Assembly (NCBI GenBank): GCA_963707865.1
Contig: OY970175.1
Coordinates: 694,028 to 758,027, forward strand
DNA: 64,000 nucleotides
Source of the DNA: an uncultured bacterium
Lineage (GTDB): Bacteria > Patescibacteriota > Minisyncoccia > UBA6257 > 2-01-FULL-56-20
Direction of reading: 5' to 3'
Shown: piece after piece, positions 28,760 through 38,106 of the stretch
Layout of the letters: each line of letters starts with the position of its first letter
Numbering within the stretch: position 1 is the stretch's first letter
Translations under genes and position numbers: made by a program
The notes under the pieces: generated by a model
What the model saw: only the letters and a program-made list of their open reading frames with translations
What the model was told of the DNA's origin: nothing
Databases searched by the model: none

Positions 28760-30469
28760 TTATATTTTTTCCGGCGCACGGATACCTAAGAGATCGAGCG
28801 AAAACTTCAAAGCGTCAGCGGCAACTTTCGCAAGAAGAAGCCTTACATCACGTCGCTCTTTATTTTCATCCTTTAAAATCGGCGTTGTTTCATAGAACTT
28901 GTTCGCCGCAACGGCAAGTTTATACATATAAGTAACAAGGCCGCTCGGAGTATTGAGCTCGCCCGCCCGAAGGACAACACTGGGAAGCTCAATGAGTTTG
29001 CGGACAAGCGCGAGTTCCACCTCAGTATCCAAAAATTCAAAATGGAATTCTGCGCCATGCGTTTTTCCCGAAAGGTCAATTGACGATTTTCGCAGAATGC
29101 TCCGCAAACGGGCATACGCGTACTGCACGTAAGGCCCCGAATCGCCCTCAAACGAAAGCGACTTGTCAAAATCAAAAATGATATCCTGGCCGGGGCTCTG
29201 CTTCAAAATGGAATATTTGACTGCGCCGACGGCAATGCTTTCGGCCACCTCCTCGCGCTCCCTTTCGTCCAGATCGCTCTTCTCGCTTATGTGTTCCCGC
29301 AGTTTTGCTTTGACTTGGTCAAGCATTGATTCGGCGATGATCACGTCGCCGGTGCGCGATGCCATCTTACCGCTCGGGAGCCGCAACATGCCATGCCCCA
29401 CATGGCGCGTTTTCGCTGCAACCTCCGGAAAGATAAGTTCCATCACCTTCAAAAGCACTTTAAAGTAATCATTGATCTCATTGCCGGTCACAATGACGGA
29501 AAGGTCTAGTGGATAGAGCTCGAATTTCTTCTTGTTCAGGCCAAGCTCTTTCGCTTCGTACGTCGGCAGTCCTTTTGAATTCACGAACACCCGCGTATGC
29601 AGGCCATATTTTTCTCCGGGGAACACGATCACGCCGTCGCTCTCTATAAAGATGTCCTTGTGGGCCGCGACCACCGCCATCCCCTCCTTCGCCATCTCCC
29701 CTTCGTAAAAATAATCATTGAACTTCGTGCCAAGGCGGGCATAGACCGTTTCAAAATATGCCAAGCTCCACTTCCGGCCCTCATCGTAAAGCTTGTTTAT
29801 TTCCTGATCCGTCCTTGAATATATCTTTTCGTTTATTCCAATAATGGCCTCCTTCGCATCCGATTCGCCTTCGTATGCCTTGGAACCAAGCGCATACGCC
29901 CTACCGAGGAATTCCATTTTATTTTCTACACTACTCGCTTCGCTCTGCATTTTTTGCATGCCCCATATTGCCTTTGCAACGTGGAGACCGACGTCGCCCT
30001 GGTAATTCGCGCGGATTACTTTCGCCCCGAGCGCTTCATAAAGACGCGCGAACGATTCCCCAATCGCGTTGCTCATAAGATGCCCGATATGGAAAAGCTT
30101 GAAAGGGTTCGGGTCGGTGAATTCCACCATCACGGTCTTCCCCTTCATGTTCTTGCTTACGCCATAGTGCTCGTCGCCCGCAATCTTCTTGATTTCTCCC
30201 TGCACCGTTTTTTTGCTCAGCCAAAAATTGATGAAACCGGGTTCCGCTGCCTCCACTTTTTCAAAAAATCCTTTTGGTGCTGCCTTCGCCACCTCTGCCG
30301 CAAGGCGCGTTGCGCGCGCGAGCGGTTTTTCGGCGCCCGAAAGCCGCATCGCAATATTCGTTGCATAGTGCCCGAAATTCTCCTTCTCTGGTACGAGGAT
30401 CTCAATGGTGGGCAATGCGCCGCCGACCGCTTGTTCCAAAATTTTCACGATCTTTTCCTTCATTCCCAA
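28760..30469 (-). CDS. argS: Arginyl-tRNA synthetase
   Basis: HIGH motif FHIGHLMSNAIGE and the ArgRS C-terminal anticodon-binding domain. TTG start codon. Confidence 0.9.
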   Translation of the reverse strand: MGMKEKIVKILEQAVGGALPTIEILVPEKENFGHYATNIAMRLSGAEKPLARATRLAAEVAKAAPKGFFEKVEAAEPGFINFWLSKKTVQGEIKKIAGDEHYGVSKNMKGKTVMVEFTDPNPFKLFHIGHLMSNAIGESFARLYEALGAKVIRANYQGDVGLHVAKAIWGMQKMQSEASSVENKMEFLGRAYALGSKAYEGESDAKEAIIGINEKIYSRTDQEINKLYDEGRKWSLAYFETVYARLGTKFNDYFYEGEMAKEGMAVVAAHKDIFIESDGVIVFPGEKYGLHTRVFVNSKGLPTYEAKELGLNKKKFELYPLDLSVIVTGNEINDYFKVLLKVMELIFPEVAAKTRHVGHGMLRLPSGKMASRTGDVIIAESMLDQVKAKLREHISEKSDLDEREREEVAESIAVGAVKYSILKQSPGQDIIFDFDKSLSFEGDSGPYVQYAYARLRSILRKSSIDLSGKTHGAEFHFEFLDTEVELALVRKLIELPSVVLRAGELNTPSGLVTYMYKLAVAANKFYETTPILKDENKERRDVRLLLAKVAADALKFSLDLLGIRAPEKI

Positions 30470-30499
30470 TTCTCCTTATTTTACCGCTATAATGGATGT

Positions 30500-30937
30500 A
30501 TGGAAACCATTGCGGAAAACCGCCGAGCGCGGTTTGATTATGAGATTTCGGACACCTACGATGCCGGCATAGAACTTTTCGGCCACGAGGTGAAAAGCGC
30601 AAAAAGCGGCCGCTTTCAGATAGCGGGCGCGCGGGTTTTGATCCGCAATGGCGAGGCGTGGCTCGTGAACTCCCACATCCCGCCCTACCAGCCGAAGAAC
30701 ACCCCATCGGGATACGAAGAAGACCGCTCGCGAAAGCTTTTGCTCACGAAAGATGAAATAAAAGCGCTGACCGGCGCGCTTCAAGAAAAAGGACAGGTGC
30801 TCGTCCCCCTTCGCGCATTCCTGAAACACGGATTCATAAAATTGGAGCTTGGGCTCGGCCGCACAAAGAAAAAGTCCGACAAGCGCGAGGCGCTCAAAAA
30901 GCGCGCGCATGAGCGCGAGATGCGCGGCGCCGAATAG
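30500..30937 (+). CDS. smpB: SsrA-binding protein SmpB
   Basis: METIAENRRARFDYEISDTYDAGIELFGHEVKS... (145 aa). Only the C-terminal part of the 327-aa track ORF is real. Confidence 0.85.
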   Translation: METIAENRRARFDYEISDTYDAGIELFGHEVKSAKSGRFQIAGARVLIRNGEAWLVNSHIPPYQPKNTPSGYEEDRSRKLLLTKDEIKALTGALQEKGQVLVPLRAFLKHGFIKLELGLGRTKKKSDKREALKKRAHEREMRGAE

Positions 30938-30971
30938 CGGCGCGGGCATCCGTGGCGCCCCACGGCACCCG

Positions 30972-31547
30972 TTAAAAAACTTTCACCCCGAACCTCGCGA
31001 GCTCCCGCACGATCTCGTAGAGCGGCAATCCCATAACGCCGAAGAAATCACCCTCCACTTTCCGCACGAATGCCGCACCGCGTCCCTGCACGGCGTATGC
31101 ACCAGCCTTGTCTAGCGGCTCGCCCGTTTTTACGTACGCATCAATCTCGCGGCCGCCGAGCTTTCTGAAATAAATCCTGCTCTCGCTCACGCGCGACACT
31201 CTTTTCCTTGTTTTGGTATCAATAATAGTAAAACCGGTAAACACCGAATGCGCCGTTCCGCTCAACAACTTCAGCATCGCCCTTGCCCTCTTCGGTGTGC
31301 CGGGCTTTCCCAGAACGCGGTTTTTATAAACGACGCAGGTGTCCGCCCCGATGACGACGGCGTCCTTATGCCGCCGTGCTACCGATTCCGCCTTTTTCAA
31401 AGACAACCTCTTTACAAGTTCCCTTGGCACGAGTTTTAAGGTCATGTCTTCTTCGTAGTCGCCCGGGTCCACGATAAACTTCAAACCAATCCTGCTCAAA
31501 ATCTCCGTCCTCCTCGGAGAGGACGACGCAAGAACAATCTTTTGCAT
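30972..31547 (-). CDS. maf: Maf-like nucleoside triphosphate pyrophosphatase
   Basis: MQKIVLASSSPRRTEIL...GADTVV...VTGFTIID is the Maf family signature. Confidence 0.8.
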   Translation of the reverse strand: MQKIVLASSSPRRTEILSRIGLKFIVDPGDYEEDMTLKLVPRELVKRLSLKKAESVARRHKDAVVIGADTCVVYKNRVLGKPGTPKRARAMLKLLSGTAHSVFTGFTIIDTKTRKRVSRVSESRIYFRKLGGREIDAYVKTGEPLDKAGAYAVQGRGAAFVRKVEGDFFGVMGLPLYEIVRELARFGVKVF

Positions 31548-31597
31548 AGAGCTGATTATATCACGCAATTGCCTACCTCAAAGCCAGGGAAACACTC

Positions 31598-32284
31598 TCA
31601 GTCCTCCGCAGACTCCTTCCCCGTTTTTTTGTCCAAAATTCTAGGCCGGCGACCCTCATCCCAATATTCACCTAGCTCATCACGGTAGGGAAGAATACCC
31701 ACGTCCCTAAGAGATATCTCACGGATCCTGCCGGTCTCCAAGTCCCGTACCCGAACAAACCAAAAGTCACTCTCATCGAATGGCGTACCCAACACTTCAT
31801 ATTTTTCCAAGTGGCGCTCTTCTTTTCTTATGTATTCTATTTCAAGCACTATTCCTGGCTTTATTTCGTCCAGTTCGGGAATTTTCCATGTTCGTTCCCG
31901 AATTCGCTTTTCTTTTTCGCCGCGAGCGTCCATTACGTCGGGTGCTTCGGCCGATGCTTCCCGCTCTCTCTCGGGAAGGAATCGTCCCAGTTCTTGTTGA
32001 AGTTTTATCAACTGGTCGCTTTTATCCCCGCCCATGGCGCCGGCCAGGAGATTAAGTTCTTGTTTGATTTCGTGATTGGCCTCGTCGTATTTCTCGGCCT
32101 CAATCAGTGGCGCAATCTTTCGCCGAATGTCCTCGAACGTATCCTCTTTGGCTTTTTCCCAATAGTTTTGATCGGGATTTTGAATCACTAGTTTCTTCCC
32201 TTCGGGAGATTCGCCTTTCACGGGTGGTACTTCCTTCGGCACAGCTCTTTTAAGGGCTCCCGTTACGTTTTCGAAATTAAACAT
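31598..32284 (-). CDS. Acidic hypothetical protein
   Basis: Likely start MFNFENVTG. Glu/Lys-rich, no recognisable domain. The longer track ORF (to 32803) would run through a plus-strand promoter and gene, so it is not supported. Confidence 0.35.
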   Translation of the reverse strand: MFNFENVTGALKRAVPKEVPPVKGESPEGKKLVIQNPDQNYWEKAKEDTFEDIRRKIAPLIEAEKYDEANHEIKQELNLLAGAMGGDKSDQLIKLQQELGRFLPEREREASAEAPDVMDARGEKEKRIRERTWKIPELDEIKPGIVLEIEYIRKEERHLEKYEVLGTPFDESDFWFVRVRDLETGRIREISLRDVGILPYRDELGEYWDEGRRPRILDKKTGKESAED

Positions 32285-32473
32285 GGTTGTGATTTCGCCG
32301 CTTAATTTAATATTACATGTTTTAGTAAATATATTGCAACGCGCACGCTCAATAAAGACCGTTTGGGCGAAACGAGTGGTCAACATCGGAACTCGGTGAA
32401 GATTTGAGGAATTGCCGAAGCTATTAAACAAGGTGTCGGTTGCCATTCCGTAGGACGTTCGCGATCGCCGGGT

Positions 32474-32502
32474 TTGACAAACCGCAATCCGACATCTATA
32501 AC
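32474..32502 (+). promoter_or_regulatory. Near-consensus sigma70 promoter
   Basis: TTGACA (32474-79), 17-nt spacer, TATAAC (32497-502). Confidence 0.4.
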
Positions 32503-32548
32503 CTAACCAGGTGTTCGCAAATGTTTGTGGATCCAAAAGAGGAGGTCT

Positions 32549-32845
32549 ATGGCTACTTTCAGGTTCAGGAGAAAAGACACTGGGGAAATCACGGAAGTTA
32601 AGGGGCGACACGGGAAGAAATACGCCTTCGCCAGAGCTATCGTCCAGTTTGGCCTCCGTGCTGACCAAATCAACCTTGTTGAGCATGCAGGACGTGATGG
32701 ACACGTAAAACCGCCTCATCGACCCGGCAATTCGCGAAAGCGCTTTGCCAGAGCACAAAATCGCGTACAGGAACAGATGGGCCGCCCCCTTGCGGAAAGC
32801 CATCCTTCCGAGGATTCGTACAGCATCTATTTTGGTAGGTGGTAG
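32549..32845 (+). CDS. Small basic hypothetical protein (~98 aa)
   Basis: Perfect SD GAGGAGG 6 nt before ATG 32549. A strong promoter lies upstream and a terminator immediately downstream. No recognisable domain. Confidence 0.4.
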   Translation: MATFRFRRKDTGEITEVKGRHGKKYAFARAIVQFGLRADQINLVEHAGRDGHVKPPHRPGNSRKRFARAQNRVQEQMGRPLAESHPSEDSYSIYFGRW

Positions 32846-32872
32846 AACCCATCATTGCAACGGCTCCACACG

Positions 32873-32918
32873 CAGAGAAGCTCATTGCTCCTATTGCTGT
32901 GGAGCTTCTCTGTTTTTT
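32873..32918. terminator. Bidirectional rho-independent terminator between convergent genes
   Basis: cagagaagctc ... gagcttctctg + tttttt on plus. The complement gives aaaaaa-hairpin on minus. Confidence 0.5.
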
Positions 32919-33098
32919 AAATTATTCCCGATTATTCCCGGCGCGGAGAGCAGAAAGAAATGCTGGTGGAGACGGAGGTTAGTTATTTAAACACACTGAT
33001 TCCCAATTTTTAGGTAAAAGAAAAGCCCGTTTGGTTCCGGGTGGGCTAGACCGTGGAAGGAAATCCTTCACTTCGGGTTGTCGGATTGTTTTGGCTAC

Positions 33099-34070
33099 TC
33101 AACTAGGGACGACCCAAATCGAATCGTGGTAGGGACTCTTTCCCCATTCTTCCGGCAACATAGACATGCTCTCAAAAAGGTCCCACGCTCGATAAAAGCT
33201 TCGCCAGGCGTCACTGGATTTCAAGTATGCCTCCCTGTCTTCAAGCTGAGCCTTCCTTGTCTCCTCATGCTCTCTTTGCGCCGCAAGAGCCGCGGCTTTA
33301 TACGCCGTGAATTTCTTCCTTGCCCACGACGCGAGCGCTGTGCGGGCTTCTCGTGTTTCCGGAAAAGGATGGGGATGAGCCAGCTCTCGCCACTCAAGAT
33401 GCTGCCTGATGTTCTTTACGTTTCTGAACCTGTCCTCCATGGCCTGGAGCCGACGGCTGCGTTCCTGAATGCCACGCGTGAACAGGCATCCCATGCGGCG
33501 GAAAAAGTCATGTTGCGCGTTCATAAGATTAATCTTCTCGGCAAGCTGATCTGCATCTTTAAGAAGGATGAACCGGCAGAAAACGGTGTACTCCTCAATG
33601 AGGGGGCACTTAGCATAAACGCCCTGATCATTTTTAAGGACACGCTCGTACCGACCATGGAGTAGATAAAGATTTCCATTGTCGGCGAGCAAGAACTGAT
33701 TTTCCTCAAGAAATCGCACGCCGTATGACAATCCGAATAGGGTTCTACCAATCTCTCCTTCTTGATTGAAGGTGTTGTGCAGGAGCTCGACGCACTTGAG
33801 CCGCAGATTAAAATCCTTGGGCTCGACCACATTCAGATCCGCATGGTGGAGGCTCTTGCCGTCGTGCCACCTGTCGGGGTTGATGTGCTCTCGCGCGGGC
33901 TTCATCTCGGGGAGATATTTTATGAGCGGCTTGCAACTAGCGATTACCTTCATGATGACTTCAGCCCACTCGTGCTTGTTGAGTTCGTTGATACGGACGG
34001 GCCTCACGAGGCCCTGAATTAGACTAACGAATCTGCCGAATCTGTTGGACAATGTTTCATGTCCGTACAT
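33099..34070 (-). CDS. Hypothetical protein translationally coupled to the IS481-family transposase (possible passenger gene)
   Basis: ATG MYGHETLS at 34070 overlaps the transposase stop (34057-59). 323 aa, no recognised domain. Confidence 0.45.
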   Translation of the reverse strand: MYGHETLSNRFGRFVSLIQGLVRPVRINELNKHEWAEVIMKVIASCKPLIKYLPEMKPAREHINPDRWHDGKSLHHADLNVVEPKDFNLRLKCVELLHNTFNQEGEIGRTLFGLSYGVRFLEENQFLLADNGNLYLLHGRYERVLKNDQGVYAKCPLIEEYTVFCRFILLKDADQLAEKINLMNAQHDFFRRMGCLFTRGIQERSRRLQAMEDRFRNVKNIRQHLEWRELAHPHPFPETREARTALASWARKKFTAYKAAALAAQREHEETRKAQLEDREAYLKSSDAWRSFYRAWDLFESMSMLPEEWGKSPYHDSIWVVPS

Positions 34071-35007
34071 TTGTCCCCTCGATAGATTGAAGATATTCGA
34101 CCGGCGTCTTTCCGGCAAGGGCAAGGTGAGGACAGATGGTATTGTACCAGGCACAGTAAGCGGCCTGTTTTTGTTTTGCCTCGGCCACGGTGCGGAACGC
34201 CACCTTGTTCCAGAACCGTTCCCGGTCGTTGCGGTGGGAACGTTCCACCTTGCCGTTCTGCGCGGGATGCCCGGGAGCGATGAGATAGTGGACCATCTTC
34301 TGTTTTGCGCAGGCGAGGTCGAACGGATGCAACCGCGGCTTCATGGGGTCAGCTGATTTCGGATATCCTATGTAGCGATTCGTAAAGATGGATCCGTTGT
34401 CGGTCTTCACCGCACGGATGCGGAACGGTGCGGCCGCAATGACCCTTTCGAGAAACAGGATCGCGGTTCTCGTGGATTGTTCCTGGGTTACCCACAGATG
34501 CCGCCACCGGGTGCAGCAGTCGATCGCGGTGAACTGGTAGAGCCAGTTGCCCTTGAATTTCCTCACGTAGACGACGTCGATCTCCACCATCTCGCCGGGG
34601 AACGTGGCCGTCGGTTTCCACTTTTCCTTGGGCGTGAGACGCTTCTTCGTACGCGAGAGGCCTTCACGCTTCAATACTTTTGCAATGCCGCGTGCCGAGA
34701 GCCGCATGCCTTCGCGGGCGAGGAGGTGTACGAGCACGTCCGGACCGAGATCGGTCTCCGTTCTCATAGTCCGGATCTTTTTCACGATATCTCGCGAAAA
34801 CTGTTTTGGGTGTGCGTGCGGCCTGCGCGATCTGGGCACGAGGGCGCTCGCCCCGCCACTGCGATATGCCGCCACCCAACGCTTCAGCGTACGGTATGAA
34901 AATGGTGCGTGGGCAGCAATGGCCTTGATGCTCATCTCTTTTTCAAGATGCGGCCTGATCCACCGCATTCGTTCCTCCGCTGCGTCTTTGGCAAGTGTTT
35001 GTGGCAT
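34057..35007 (-). mobile_element. IS481-family DDE transposase gene (rve integrase core)
   Basis: N-terminal HTH, then DDE core: ...WLYQFTAIDCCTRW...VKTDNGSIF...HPAQNGKVERSHRN... Clear terminal inverted repeats could not be found by eye, so element ends are unresolved. Confidence 0.75.
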
Positions 35008-35152
35008 ATTCCCCAGCTTACGCTTCGAGGGGCCATATGTATGTGCAGAGTACCCGAATCCATTGCCAGACCCCCTTCACTTGTGAAATACCAGATTTCT
35101 CTGGCCTGCCTAGGGTATACTCCTGATTCCACAAAAATTCAATCTCAGAACG

Positions 35153-35466
35153 GGTGGAGACGGGCGGAATCGAACCGCCGTGTAAAGGTAATGCGCGTGG
35201 GCCGTCTACGAGCGTGTCTAGTGGAACACTAGCAACGTGATCCTAATTTTCGCGCGTGGCATAGGATCGTCCGCCGCGGCTAGTCCCCTTATATAAGACC
35301 GGCTATGAGCCCAAGGAACCCGGGCTCGCCGATCCCGGCATTACGCGTAAGCGAACGCCGGAGCTGTAACTCTATTAGAGTTGGCAGTTATGTTTGTGCA
35401 GCAGTTACGTCGCTGCCCTCGGCCCGCAAACCCACTGCTTACCTTTATCAAAGCCAGTGCGTCCCC
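35153..35466 (-). ncRNA. ssrA: tmRNA (ssrA), ~314 nt
   Basis: Hand-derived. 5' GGGGACG pairs with 3' CGUCUCCACC, giving the G3:U70 alanine identity pair. T-arm GGCGG-UUCGAUU-CCGCC. Ends ...CUCCACC with the terminal A not encoded. A candidate tag reading frame is GCC AAC UCU AAU AGA GUU ACA GCU CCG GCG UUC GCU UAC GCG UAA (ANSNRVTAPAFAYA). A candidate promoter is TTCACA-17-TATAAT at 35484-35512 on minus. Confidence 0.75.
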
Positions 35467-35584
35467 TTTCAAATTGCCCCGCCATTATAGCGCAAATCGT
35501 AAACAGTGTGAAGCACGGCGAACATCTTTTGGCTTTGTGGAACCGTGCGGAGGCCGAGTAAAAAAATCCGCGAGTGAATAGAAA

Positions 35585-35630
35585 AATGCCGGGTGCCCCC
35601 GTGCGAAGCGCGAGAGGGTGGCATTTTTTC
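35585..35630. terminator. Putative bidirectional terminator between the PH-domain gene and ssrA
   Basis: aatgcc ... ggcatt stem with T-runs on both strands. Flanked by a 25-bp perfect inverted repeat. Confidence 0.3.
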
Positions 35631-35689
35631 GTTATGAGCGAGCCGGATTTTCGCGAGGCCGGAGAGGGTTCCACAAAGCCAAAAGATGT

Positions 35690-36265
35690 TCACTGCGCCT
35701 CCACCACTTTCTGCACATTCGCACGCTTTAGCAACTCCGCCTGCAGCCACTCCGCAAGGTCTTTGTCCATCGCTGGCAGGATCCCTTCCGATTCGTCCTC
35801 GCCGGATTTTTCTTCCTCCTCGCCCGCGGTCAAAATGACGAGCCGGCTCAAGCCAAGCATTTGGAAGGAAAGGTTTCTTCCTATGTCCACGTTCTGGATC
35901 TGGCGGTACGGGATCGCGGTTTCTTCTTTGTTCAAAACTCCATTTTTAATCTTCAGCGCATCGTCGCCAAGATAAAATTTGTAGTTCCTATAAATGAGCC
36001 ATGTAATCAAAAAAGTGGCGGCGGCAACCAACGCAAAGACGAGAAACGCAACCCACGTGGAAAAACTGACATAGGAACTGAGATCAACGGAAAAAACATT
36101 TTTTAAAAATGGCTGCCCTTGAAGTACGAAGAGGGCGATTGCAATGAGCAAAAAAACGGCAGCGGCATGTATCCGGTCCAGAAGAAAAATCACGAAGGTC
36201 TTCTTCCCAAGTGTGTGATACACTTCCTGCGGAACGCCGGGATGGTTCACTGGTTTCTCGTCCAT
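35690..36265 (-). CDS. Membrane-flanked bacterial PH-domain protein (YdbS/YdbT-like)
   Basis: Two TM helices, then a soluble domain, with an acidic C-terminal tail. Pattern of bPH_2 / DUF304 proteins. Confidence 0.45.
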   Translation of the reverse strand: MDEKPVNHPGVPQEVYHTLGKKTFVIFLLDRIHAAAVFLLIAIALFVLQGQPFLKNVFSVDLSSYVSFSTWVAFLVFALVAAATFLITWLIYRNYKFYLGDDALKIKNGVLNKEETAIPYRQIQNVDIGRNLSFQMLGLSRLVILTAGEEEEKSGEDESEGILPAMDKDLAEWLQAELLKRANVQKVVEAQ

Positions 36266-36405
36266 GATGCTATTCTATCACACTGGCGGGGCGCACAGAC
36301 GAGGCGCACGGGCGGCAGGCGCAACGCTGGACAAAGACCGTTCGCCCACATTAGAATGATAAGGTCATATCAAACGTACTCGGCAGTTTTTTCTCCAAAA
36401 CTCCC

Positions 36406-36921
36406 ATACAAAAACCCCGCATCAACAGTCAAATAACCGCACCCGAGCTCCGCGTTATAAACGAGGAGGGGAAAAATCTCGGCATTCTTCCACGCGAGAA
36501 GGCGCTTGCCTTGGCGCGTCCCGCCGAAGGCGTAGATCTCATTGAAATCTCGCCGAATGCGAAACCGCCCGTCGTGCGCCTTATGAGCTACGACAAGTTC
36601 CGCTACGAGGAGGCGAAGCGCGAGAGAAAAGAACGGCTCGCACAGAAAGGGGGCGGCCTGAAGCACGTGCAGATCAGTGCCCGCGCCGCGCGGAACGATC
36701 TCATGATAAAACTGAAGCAGCTTGAAGAATTCCTGGCCGAGGGGCACCAGATAGAGATCAACATGCGCCTCCGCGGTCGCGAAAAAGGCATGAAGGACTG
36801 GGCACAACAAAAGCTCGCGGATTTTATGAAGATGATCCCCGTGGAATACAAGCGTATCTCCGAACCCCGCTTCGCGAAGTACGGCATGAGCGTCCAGATT
36901 GCAAAGAAATCAAAAGCGTAG
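36406..36921 (+). CDS. infC: Translation initiation factor IF-3
   Basis: The IF-3 homology extends upstream of the first in-frame AUG/UUG. ...IQKPRINSQITAPELRVINEEGKNLGILPREKALALA... aligns with the IF-3 N-domain. The frame is open back to a stop at 36352. The probable start is a non-AUG codon (AUA 36406 or AUC 36421), as in E. coli infC (AUU). Confidence 0.75.
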   Translation: MQKPRINSQITAPELRVINEEGKNLGILPREKALALARPAEGVDLIEISPNAKPPVVRLMSYDKFRYEEAKRERKERLAQKGGGLKHVQISARAARNDLMIKLKQLEEFLAEGHQIEINMRLRGREKGMKDWAQQKLADFMKMIPVEYKRISEPRFAKYGMSVQIAKKSKA

Positions 36922-37020
36922 TACACTTCCTTCGTTAAGCCCGTGCGGCTCGGTTTTAGTGAGTGTCCAGTTTTGGCGAGCTCAGGGAAATTCCGCAAAA
37001 CCGTTTAGGGAACCAAAAAA

Positions 37021-37194
37021 ATGTCTATAAGTAAATCCGTCACAGACCGAATAAGGATAACGAAGAACGGCAAGATCGTGCGCCGCCCGATGGCGGTGGA
37101 CCATTTCCGCACGCGGACGAACGCGAAGGCGATCAGAAACAAGAGAAAGAATCGCTCGCTTGGGATCTCGCTGAAGACGTTAAAAAATTATTAA
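37021..37194 (+). CDS. rpmI: 50S ribosomal protein L35
   Basis: A 57-aa basic ORF missed by the ORF track (<60 aa): MSISKSVTDRIRITKNGKIVRRPMAVDHFRTRTNAKAIRNKRKNRS... The infC-rpmI-rplT order is conserved. Confidence 0.75.
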   Translation: MSISKSVTDRIRITKNGKIVRRPMAVDHFRTRTNAKAIRNKRKNRSLGISLKTLKNY

Positions 37195-37208
37195 TCATTA
37201 CTTGACAA

Positions 37209-37553
37209 ATGCCGAGAGTTAAACGGGGAACCATTGCCAATAAGCGGCGCGCGAAGGTCCTTAAATACACCAAGGGGTTCCGCTGGGGCCGCAAATCGAA
37301 AGAACGCGCCGCAAAGGAAGCACTCCTCCACGCATGGACGCACGCATTCCGCGGACGTAAAGAAAAGAAGCGGACCAGCCGCACGCTTTGGAACGTAAAA
37401 ATCAATGCCGCGGTTCGCGAGGAAGGCATGAATTACAGCACATTCATCGCTGCACTTAAAAAGAAGAAGGTGGCATTGGATAGAAAAATACTCGCCGACC
37501 TCGCGGAGCACGAACCGGAGATATTCAAGAAAATAGTGGCGTTCGTGAAATAA
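37209..37553 (+). CDS. rplT: 50S ribosomal protein L20
   Basis: MPRVKRGTIANKRRAKVLKYTKGFRWGRK... is the classic L20. Confidence 0.9.
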   Translation: MPRVKRGTIANKRRAKVLKYTKGFRWGRKSKERAAKEALLHAWTHAFRGRKEKKRTSRTLWNVKINAAVREEGMNYSTFIAALKKKKVALDRKILADLAEHEPEIFKKIVAFVK

Positions 37554-37596
37554 ACTGACAAGAAAACCGGCGCTTCGGCGCCGGCTTTTGATTGCT

Positions 37597-38106
37597 TTAA
37601 CGCGGTGGCCGCACTGGGTGGTGGTATTGCCTGCTCCGCGCGCGGAGGAAATCGTTCGCCTGCTTTAAAACCTTCCGGGTGTCGCCATATTTTTTGCCGA
37701 TCACACCCATTGCATCGCGATACAGGAACCATCCGTAGCCACTGTGCTCTCGGGGGATAATTTTTACTTCTGCCTTGTGCGTCTCGGCGAGAAAAAGAAT
37801 GACGGTGTCGTAAATGCCCTGGTCCCCAATGCGGAAATAAAACCGTTCATAGGCGCGGAAATTCGGCACGATCCGCAATTCGGATTTTTTGATGCCCGTT
37901 TCCTCTTCAAGCTCACGGAGCGCCGCATCAATGCTGCGCTCCCCCGGCTGGAAATGCCCCTTCGGAAAATTCCAGTAATCGCCGCGGCGGTAGAGCAAAA
38001 GGAATTTTATACCGTCGCTTACCCTCCGATAGACCACAAAGCCGGCGACCACCTGTTTTTTGGTGGGAGGTTTTCCAAACTGTTCGGGTGGGTGCAGCGG
38101 CGTCAT
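37597..38106 (-). CDS. NUDIX hydrolase
   Basis: The Nudix box GHFQPGERSIDAALRELEEETG is present. Confidence 0.8.
   Translation of the reverse strand: MTPLHPPEQFGKPPTKKQVVAGFVVYRRVSDGIKFLLLYRRGDYWNFPKGHFQPGERSIDAALRELEEETGIKKSELRIVPNFRAYERFYFRIGDQGIYDTVILFLAETHKAEVKIIPREHSGYGWFLYRDAMGVIGKKYGDTRKVLKQANDFLRARSRQYHHPVRPPR

Noticed and set aside
29954-30937. 327-aa plus-strand ORF
   Set aside because: Only the last 145 aa (from ATG ~30500) are SmpB. The upstream part is antisense to argS and has no coding signal.
34000-35120. Defined IS481 element boundaries (TIRs/TSDs)
   Set aside because: Candidate CTAGG sites and a tgtgaaatacc motif were examined. No matching inverted partner was found, so the boundaries are left unresolved rather than guessed.
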